Virus record (IMG/VR): IMGVR_UViG_3300034102_003688
Span: 1 to 26,909 of that record
Direction: 5' to 3' (one strand)
Length of the DNA: 26,909 bases
Source: a virus
Taxonomy: Duplodnaviria; Caudoviricetes
Position 1 is the first letter of the stretch; the number at the start of each line of letters is the position of its first letter. A program made the position numbers and the translations under genes. Shown here piece by piece: positions 1-7,200 of this stretch. Under the pieces are notes generated by a model. The model was not told the DNA's origin, did not search any database, and saw nothing but the letters and a program-made list of their open reading frames with translations.

Positions 1-409
1 AGGGCAAAAACTGCACGTTTCCCGATGGCTGCGGGATCGACTGCGGCACAGGCTGCGCCGCTACGGGCTGCCCCATGTTGACTAACGGCTGTGTGCTCAC
101 GGGCAATGGGCGCCACTCAAACCGCATCCCCGGATGCAGCGGCGGGATGGATACCCACGTCTCTCCTGTCCAGCGGTCGAGCCGATGCAACGCCCCCGCA
201 AAATCCCCGGTTAGCGTCACGATCTGGTACCTCTGGAGCCCCTGCCCTGCTCCACCTACCGCAACCCCGAGCGCAAAAACCGCGCAGACCGCCACCAAAA
301 CAGCGCAAAAACGGATCGCTCGCATGGTTTTAAATGCGCAAACCATCGCCCGCAAATCAAGCTCCAATCAGCATTCGCGGGTTTTCCGCTGCAAAGCGTA
401 TCTTTTTCA

Positions 410-437
410 TTGCAACATACGCCGCAGAGCGTAGAGT
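410..437 (+). promoter_or_regulatory. Putative sigma70-type promoter for the early cluster
   Basis: TTGCAA (410-415), 16-nt spacer, TAGAGT (432-437), about 100 nt upstream of ATG 538. Confidence 0.5.
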
Positions 438-537
438 GTGCCCTGTCGATAGCAAGTCCGCTTTGCAAAACCTCTCCGCTCCGGCGGGAGACACTAGCCA
501 AAAGCGACCGACAAAAAACCAAAACCAAACGCAAACC

Positions 538-1035
538 ATGAGCAACACCCTCAAATCCAAAATCGTCGACCTCATCGAATCCTCCGCAAACACCAACCAA
601 ACAGGCCTAACCCTGAGCCCCGAGTCTGGATGGGGGCTGACATTCCAAACCTCTGACCTCCAGGACGGCGAAATCATGGTGATCTCAAAAGAGGGTCTCC
701 AGGAGTGGGCGGACGGCCACGAATGGACCGACGAACAGTATGACCAGGCCGCCGAATACATCACCGACAACCTCGGCGACTGGCTGTACGACCTCGACAA
801 AACCGAGCGCGACGCGCTGCTCACCCACATCGCCACCAAACGCACAGGAGTAGTCGCTCTAAACTATCACGGCGACGAGACGACATTCCGCATCGGCGAC
901 CCAGTCAAACACGTAACCGACGACGGCAACATCGTCGACGGCCGCGTGGTCGCGTTAGACGCAGCCCGGATGGAAATCGAATTCGCAGACGGAGACCAAG
1001 GTTGGGAACTCCCAGCCACCCTGTTCAAGGAATAA
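538..1035 (+). CDS. Hypothetical phage protein (acidic; possible SH3-like C-terminus)
   Basis: ATG 538 follows an A/C-rich leader (ACAAAAAACCAAAACCAAACGCAAACC); protein-like composition; C-terminal FRIGDPVKH...GRVV segment resembles an SH3/KOW beta-barrel. Confidence 0.75.
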   Translation: MSNTLKSKIVDLIESSANTNQTGLTLSPESGWGLTFQTSDLQDGEIMVISKEGLQEWADGHEWTDEQYDQAAEYITDNLGDWLYDLDKTERDALLTHIATKRTGVVALNYHGDETTFRIGDPVKHVTDDGNIVDGRVVALDAARMEIEFADGDQGWELPATLFKE

Positions 1036-1043
1036 ACAACCCG

Positions 1044-1135
1044 CCCCGGGTTCGATCCCCGGGGAACAAAAAACCCCCGGCCAGCCGCTCGAACGGCCAA
1101 CCGGGGGACGCAAACCCAAGGCGAAACGCCGAGGG
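1044..1135 (+). other. Intergenic cluster of three GC-rich hairpins, the first with a tRNA T-loop-like loop
   Basis: CCCCGGG-TTCGATC-CCCGGGG (1044-1064); CCCCCGG...CCGGGGG (1074-1107); CCC-AA-GGCG-AAA-CGCC-GA-GGG (1115-1135). Confidence 0.65.
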
Positions 1136-1178
1136 AATGCACAAAACCAAAACCAAACCCAAAAAAACGCAAATCCAA

Positions 1179-1604
1179 ATGAACGCACAAATTGACCACA
1201 CCCCGATTTTCTCCGACGCCGACCTACTCCACAGCTACAGCCGCGCCCAGGCCATCGCGGACGGCGTGCTCGTAGACGTAAGCGATCCGGCCAGGGAAGC
1301 CGGGTTCACCGTCCCCGTAGCCATCACCCGCGCCGTCTGGGCGGACTGCGTGGAATGGACCGAGGAGACAGACAGCCGGAAAAACACAATCCAAGACGAA
1401 GACGGCCGCCTCTGGGACGTCGTTTTCATGGCCCGGCTCGCCTGCCGGGCCCGGGGTGACAGTCCGCGGCGCCTGTTTGAACTCTACCGGGTGCCGGTCG
1501 AAGGCCGAGGCGTTCGCCCTCGGCGTGTGACTCTGGCCATCCACATCGGCCCCGGAGATTCCGGCGAACCGGTCGTCACAATCATGCTCCCAAACGAGGA
1601 CTAG
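1179..1604 (+). CDS. DUF6573 family protein
   Basis: Characteristic motifs YSRAQAIADGVLVDVS, AGFTVPVAITRAVW, QDEDGRLWDV and C-terminal GPGDSGEPVVTIMLPNED; ATG 1179 follows an A/C-rich leader. Confidence 0.85.
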   Translation: MNAQIDHTPIFSDADLLHSYSRAQAIADGVLVDVSDPAREAGFTVPVAITRAVWADCVEWTEETDSRKNTIQDEDGRLWDVVFMARLACRARGDSPRRLFELYRVPVEGRGVRPRRVTLAIHIGPGDSGEPVVTIMLPNED

Positions 1605-1608
1605 CAGT

Positions 1609-1646
1609 TCCCACACTGCTCCCGGGATTCCCGGGGGCAGTAGGGA
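1609..1646 (+). other. Intergenic GC-rich hairpin (terminator or processing site)
   Basis: ACTGCTCCCGGG-ATT-CCCGGGGGCAGT stem, extended by TCCC/GGGA, immediately after the stop at 1604. Confidence 0.55.
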
Positions 1647-1676
1647 GCCGCTCCGGCATCCGAAAAACCTCAAAAC

Positions 1677-1958
1677 ATGAACCCAAAATACATACTCATA
1701 TTCCGTCGGAAATTTCGGCGAATGCACAGCACTGACCAAGAAAGCGACGACGTCGGGGAATTCGACACTCTGGAGGCGGCAGTTTCCGCCGCAAACGAGC
1801 AGTTTACAAACTGGCGAGACCACCCGGATTTCACGCTCTCGCAATGGTCGGTGGAGAAAATGACATTCGAGGCCGGGCACACTGCGAGGGAATACGCGCG
1901 CGGGGAAGGCGTCTCGTACGAGGACGTTTTCGAAACCCAATGGACGACCGCGGAATGA
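1677..1958 (+). CDS. Hypothetical phage protein
   Basis: 93-aa ORF after an A-rich leader; GEFDTLEAAV motif; ATGA overlap with the next gene. Confidence 0.7.
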   Translation: MNPKYILIFRRKFRRMHSTDQESDDVGEFDTLEAAVSAANEQFTNWRDHPDFTLSQWSVEKMTFEAGHTAREYARGEGVSYEDVFETQWTTAE

Positions 1959-2422
1959 TTCACTTAACCCTCAACACAAACCACTCCACCCGGCAACGGG
2001 CGGACGACATCAGCCCCGAGGTCCTGGCCGCCTGCCGCCCGCTCGTCGAGTCGGGCGGCGGGCCAATCCCGGGGTTTGCCCCGTGGCGGGTGAGGATCAC
2101 CCAGGGCCCCGGCGGGGCCGTCTGGAGCATCCATCGCGGCACGCAACCCGACGTAGTGTTCTCCGGCCTCGCGTGGACCTCGGAGGGCGCCGCTCAGGTG
2201 TGGCCAGAGTTGGAGCAGCTCCTGCACAACACGGGCGACGCCATGGCCCGCGCTGGCGTGCTCGCTGAGTCCGTGGCGCACTCCCCGGAGATGCCTTCGG
2301 AATTACCCTGGCTTGGCGTCGTCATCCTCCCCGGGCTGGCGCTCTCGGCACAAACTGACGTCTCATGGCTGGGCGATTTTGAGCGGTGCCTGGCGTTTAC
2401 CATTCTCGACTCGCAAAAATGA
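1955..2422 (+). CDS. Hypothetical phage protein
   Basis: ATG 1955 overlaps the upstream TGA (ATGA); its own stop overlaps the next start (ATGA at 2419). Confidence 0.7.
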   Translation: MIHLTLNTNHSTRQRADDISPEVLAACRPLVESGGGPIPGFAPWRVRITQGPGGAVWSIHRGTQPDVVFSGLAWTSEGAAQVWPELEQLLHNTGDAMARAGVLAESVAHSPEMPSELPWLGVVILPGLALSAQTDVSWLGDFERCLAFTILDSQK

Positions 2423-2715
2423 AAGTCACCCTTTACCACCCCGCCTCAAGATTTGGCCTCCCGGTCATCCTGGACGATGCGGGCGCCGTCATGGATTACC
2501 CGGACGGATTCCGGGCGATCCGGGCCCGGCTCGGGCTCTCCGTTCGCGACGTCGGCGAGCTCTGCGACTGCTCCCCGCGCACGGTCGAAAACTGGGAGCA
2601 AGGGCGGGCGCCGTCGGCGGCTGCCCTGAACGCTCTCGGCCTGCTCCTGGAGCGGGAGCAAAACGGCGGAAAACCGCCAAAACCCGCGAAAACGGCCCGG
2701 CGGTCCACGGCTTGA
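2419..2715 (+). CDS. XRE/Cro-type helix-turn-helix DNA-binding protein
   Basis: FRAIRARLGLSVRDVGELCDCSPRTVENWEQGRAPS is a canonical XRE HTH pattern; coupled ATGA start. Confidence 0.85.
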   Translation: MKVTLYHPASRFGLPVILDDAGAVMDYPDGFRAIRARLGLSVRDVGELCDCSPRTVENWEQGRAPSAAALNALGLLLEREQNGGKPPKPAKTARRSTA

Positions 2716-2770
2716 CTTAATTACCGCCGACCCACAAACCGCGTTGGACCGCCCGGGGGTTGAAAACGCA

Positions 2771-3007
2771 AGTCGTATCATAAAGCGTATCTAAGCCCAT
2801 CTCTACTCTGTTGGGGGCTTGGATTACAAATCAGCTGCTCTACCAACTGAGCTATACCGGCATTTTCTCTGTGAGCGCCTGCTTTTTGGTCAGTTTACAG
2901 AGTAGAATCCGCTGATTGATACGCTTTCCCTTGCGCACCTTGTCGGGCGCTGTAGGGTGCCTTTGGACATCAAGTGACACACGCAAGGTGTATCAAAAAG
3001 CGTATCA
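2771..3007. mobile_element. Putative attP with arm-type repeats and a tRNA-derived core
   Basis: AAAGCGTATCA-like repeats on both sides of the core (2770-2780, 2782-2792, inverted 2917-2927, 2985-2995, 2997-3007); 10-bp inverted repeat TCTACTCTGT (2802-2811) / ACAGAGTAGA (2897-2906); adjacent integrase. Confidence 0.75.
2822..2861 (-). tRNA. 5' half (positions 1-40) of tRNA-Thr(UGU); truncated, att-site fragment
   Basis: Minus strand reads GCCGGTA TA GCTC AGTTGGTA GAGC A GCTGA TTTGTAA TC, then diverges; no T-arm or 3' acceptor strand follows. Confidence 0.9.
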
Positions 3008-3016
3008 GCTAAAACA

Positions 3017-4189
3017 ATGAACTCTCTCGAAACCGACTCAAAGAACAGTGTGACGCCTGAAACCGAGGACGCGGATGGTTTCCAGGTCACGGTTGAGGGC
3101 CTCACATACCGGGTATTCAATCCCCCGGAACGGTCTTGTTACTATCTGAGGTTCAAGCTTAAGGGCAAGGCCTACCTGCGCAGCCTGCGCACCACGGTGC
3201 GGGCCATCGCCACCAGCCGGGCCAAGGTCATCGTGCGCAATATCCTGTCGGGGGATCATCAGGCGGATGCGGCGTCTAAAAGCCGGTCGGAATACGGGAC
3301 GGTGGGGCAACTCCTCGAGATCTACGCCAAACACGGCGGGCCCACACGGACCCCGCGAGAGAACGCGGCGGCGTTGCGGTCGGTGGTGTCGGTCAAGGGC
3401 GGGGATCCAGACAAACAACGGCTCACGGTCCTGACGGGGTCGCTCGTCCGGGAATGGGTCCGGGAGCGCAAGGATCAGATCAGCGCGCACAGCCTGGCGT
3501 CGAACTGGGTGAAGGCGAAGTGTGTGCTGGGGAAGAAATTTTTCCCCCACTATGAGGATGCGGGGCTGAAGATCCCGGATCTGAAGAGTTTCCTCGGGGC
3601 GCAGGTGGAGCAACCCGACCGCCGGTTGCCTCGGGCCTTGGATGAGGGCGTGATTCGCTCGATCATGGCGGCGGCGCCGGAGCTCAAGCGGGAAGATCCC
3701 GCGTGTTACGTGGCGTTCCTCCTGTTCTCCAGGCTGGGCATGCGCAATGTGGAGATCGAAGCGGCCCGGTGGGACTGGATCGAACGCACCGAACGCGGCG
3801 CGGTGATGGCGATCATCGAACGGCCCGAGGAAGATTTCTCTCCCAAGGGCAATGAGGGCCGGGTGCCTATCTCTGCCGATACCCTGGCGGAGCTTGAGGA
3901 GTTCCGGGCGTTGAGCACGGACGGGCACATCGTCCCGGCCCGGCACAAGTCGGAGCGGGCCGAGATCGTGGACCGGCGGCACTCCGCTTGGATCGGTCGC
4001 TGGATCAAGGACCGCTCCAAGACGTCCTATGAACTGCGCCGATACGCGGGAAGCCTCATCCTCAAGCTGACCAACGGGGATATCATGGCGGTTCGGGATT
4101 TCCTCCGGCACGCGGACGTCATGACAACGCAAAAGTGGTATGCGTACCGGCTCCGGGAACTGCCCTCCATCAGCGCGGCGGACCTGTGA
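3017..4189 (+). CDS. int: Tyrosine recombinase / phage integrase
   Basis: Catalytic motifs GMRNVE (R), SPKG (K), YELRR (HxxR variant), LRH...TTQKWY (H, Y); N-terminal arm-binding-like YYLRFKLKGKAYLRSLRT; next to the att-like site. Confidence 0.92.
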   Translation: MNSLETDSKNSVTPETEDADGFQVTVEGLTYRVFNPPERSCYYLRFKLKGKAYLRSLRTTVRAIATSRAKVIVRNILSGDHQADAASKSRSEYGTVGQLLEIYAKHGGPTRTPRENAAALRSVVSVKGGDPDKQRLTVLTGSLVREWVRERKDQISAHSLASNWVKAKCVLGKKFFPHYEDAGLKIPDLKSFLGAQVEQPDRRLPRALDEGVIRSIMAAAPELKREDPACYVAFLLFSRLGMRNVEIEAARWDWIERTERGAVMAIIERPEEDFSPKGNEGRVPISADTLAELEEFRALSTDGHIVPARHKSERAEIVDRRHSAWIGRWIKDRSKTSYELRRYAGSLILKLTNGDIMAVRDFLRHADVMTTQKWYAYRLRELPSISAADL

Positions 4190-4203
4190 CGGCCACAGCG
4201 AAA

Positions 4204-4229
4204 GGCCCCGGTGAAACTCACCGAGGCCG
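4204..4229. terminator. Hairpin between the convergent int and virion genes
   Basis: GGCC-CCGGTGA-AAC-TCACCG-AGGCC in the 4190-4271 convergent gap; on the - strand it is followed by TTT. Confidence 0.5.
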
Positions 4230-4271
4230 TGACGCCGACCGGGCTCTCCCGATCCATTTGGAATCGTTGAA

Positions 4272-7200
4272 TTACCGCCTAGGCACGAGCCCTCGGGACC
4301 GACCCAGGAGCACCATAAAGAGCGTGCCATCGTCCGGGCGGGACACGTTGCCTGTGTAGCGGTCCACCTTCACCGGCTGTTGCCCGAGCAACTCGATCTT
4401 CGCGGCGCTCTGAATATCTTCGAGCACCCCTGTAATCACCTTGGCTTTGTATTCATCGGGCAGCGCCGCGAACTGCGGGCTACTCATCAGCCGGATCATC
4501 GATTCACTGGCGAGTTTCCCCGTGTAGTTCTGCATTTGCACGATCTGCTCGTTCGTGAGTGTCAACGGTTGACCGTTGACCTGCACCGTCGGCTGCTGAA
4601 TCGGTGCCACGACAGCCTTTTTCCCGGTGGCATCATAGAGCCGCATCATCTCGGTCGCGGCCGGGTTGCGCTTGGCTTCGGCGATTGTGAACGGGTTAAG
4701 CCACACGTTCAGGAACCCGTTTCCGCCGTAGTTGTAACGCTCCACCGCTTGCCCGAACGCATCGAGCTTGGCGGGGAATTTGTCCCCGAGGAACGGGATC
4801 TTGGCTTGCAGCTTGTTCAATTCCTGGTCCACAAACGAACCTCCACGGGTCTCTGCGACGGTCTCATTCATGGTTTGCTGGGTCTGACGCACCACAGCGG
4901 GCACAAAGTTGCCCGGGATCTGGATCAGCTTCCGCATCACCGCCTCGCCCCCACCGTAAGCCGCCGTGTCACGAATCAACTGGTTGACCCCAGACATCAT
5001 GGGTTGGCGAGTCACGGAGTCGGAAATGGTCTTGGCGTAAGCCAGAACCACGCTTTCTCCCTTGGCTTTTATCCCTGCGATTTTCTCCTCCTTTTTCGCC
5101 CACTCCGCCCCAAACATGACCGACAACGCGGCCGGCTGGAACCAATCGTAAGTGAACATGACATCCCCGTCTTGATACGCTTCGTGGAGCTTCGCCGGGG
5201 TGGTAAAATCTCCCGACAACATGCGGCGTTTAAACTCTGAAAAGTTGAACGAATACCCGCCGATGCCCATGTTTCGGCGCATCGCTTCCACGTCTTTGTC
5301 CTCATCGGGCGCGCCGGAAATAATCCCGAGCTTCAAGAGCATTGCTCCCAGAATGAATGTCCCCGTGCCCACGAAAACCTTTGAAGCGGCCTCCACAAAC
5401 CGGCGTTGCGAAATCATCTTTGCGTCAGGCCCGGCCTTGTCGCTGTGGAGAACATTGTAGAGATCGTGCATCTTTCTCACGGCATTGACCACGCCTAACG
5501 GGGACGCCTCAAGCCCCTGCATCAGGATCGATCCTGGCACTTGAGAGAACGCAATCGTTGCGGTTCCAAATCCGTATTTACGATCCAACTTCAAATTTCC
5601 GTCGGCATCCACCCGCGGGAGATTGAGCAGCTTCTCCAACTTTTTGAAGGTGAAGCTGACCATGTTTTCATTCTGGAAGATGGCGCGTTGCGCGTCCCAG
5701 AGGGCCTGTTCCACCATCGCCTCCGTGGGTGCGATTTGCGGCTGACCGTTGGCCTTCGCCGCCGCCATGCTCCGGGCGATGCTGGCCTGGTAGGCGCTCC
5801 CCCAGAAAGCCAAGTCGGCGGGGCCCAGTCCAATCGCCAGCCCGTCCTCCAGCATCCGGCCGAACCGGGAGGAAAACGTGTGCCGGAACTGCTGGGTGAG
5901 TTGCTTTGGATCGGTCACCTGGGAACTGAGCATCCGGCTGGTATCGATCACCGTGCGGAGCGCCTCGGACAACCGTTGTCGCACGGGCAACCCTTGGTCT
6001 GCGGCCCATTGCCACCCGGCTTTGCCTACCCGGATGGGTTCCCCGAGTCCGCGAATCCTGGCAAGCAACTGCGGGGAGGTGGTGGAGCGGCGGCCCGTAA
6101 AGATTCTTGTCGCCGGGTCCACGATCACTGCGCCCACGGCATCGGCCGTGGAGTTGAGCAGGAACATCCCGAGGTTGCCGATCGGGTTGCGCAGGAACGT
6201 CTTGCCCGAGAACAACATCGCGATGTTCTGGATCGCCCGGACTTTGCTCGCCAACTCACTCGGCACCAGCTCGTGCACGGCTTCGAGCATCTGCGCGCCC
6301 TTGACCATCTTCATCGTGCCCTCGGGCGCGGACTCGTAATCTTTCTGGAGCTTGGCGACTTTGTCCGCCGCTTCCTTCGTGAACACCGGCACGCCCAGCG
6401 CCTTGGCGATCTGCGCGTGCAGGGTCTCATCGGTGAGCTTGCCCTCGTTGTTGAGGAGCATCAGCTTCTCCAGCACGCTCTTGGGCACCCGTTCCTTGCG
6501 GGCTTTGACCCCGGCCAACATCTTCTTGATGAGGCTCTCGCGCACTTTCTTGGCCTTGGCGGTGAACTGCCGGATCGCCTGTTCGGCCAGCTTGGTGGCC
6601 TGCTTGTTCTCCATCCCGAAGTTGACCAGCATGCCCACGATCTTGTTCCGGGCGGTCCCGGGGTTCTCCGGGCTGAGCACCAGCGCGTCGCGAAGTTTGG
6701 TGTTCAGTTCGGTGAGCCGTTCCGGGGTGAGCTTGAGGGATCGGAGGTAGTCTTGAATTTCCAGCACCGTCTCCGCGCCGAGCTTGCGCTTGACCTTGGC
6801 CAGCTCGGCCTGGAGCGCGGCGATGTTCTCGTAAGCGGCCTTGAGTTCCGGGCCCATGTCGGCAGCGCCTTTTGCCGTCAGCTTCTCCGCGTATCGGCGG
6901 ATGCCCTCCGGGCTGGTCTTGGCGATGGTGGAGATATACCACAGCATACGGCCGGGGGACGTCAGGCTTTCCGCCATCTTGATCCGCACCTGGGTGGCTT
7001 CGGCGTGGCGGTCCATGGCTTGGAGCCGGAGCGCGACGTGATGCCCCAACGCGAGCGTGTCCACGTCGTCCTTTTTGCTGTCCATGAACTGATCCCTGGC
7101 CTCGTCCACACCGACGGTGTCGATCGTCTTGTTGGCCTTGGCGTTGACTTCCGGGGCGGTGGTTGCCCGGTAGAAACTCTCCACGTTGTCGGAGACGGAT

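Noticed and set aside
1-434. ORFs 75-434, 91-333, 117-308 and the 334-537 extension of the first gene
   Set aside because: Low-complexity translations with no recognisable motifs; the region contains the predicted promoter and leader; ATG 538 has the better initiation context
1074-1140. Hammerhead ribozyme suggested by CGAAAC
   Set aside because: No CUGANGA core is present upstream
2780-2861. Complete or intron-containing tRNA-Thr
   Set aside because: No T-arm or 3' acceptor strand is seen downstream on the - strand; the T-loop-like hairpin at 1044-1064 is on the opposite strand and does not complement this acceptor stem
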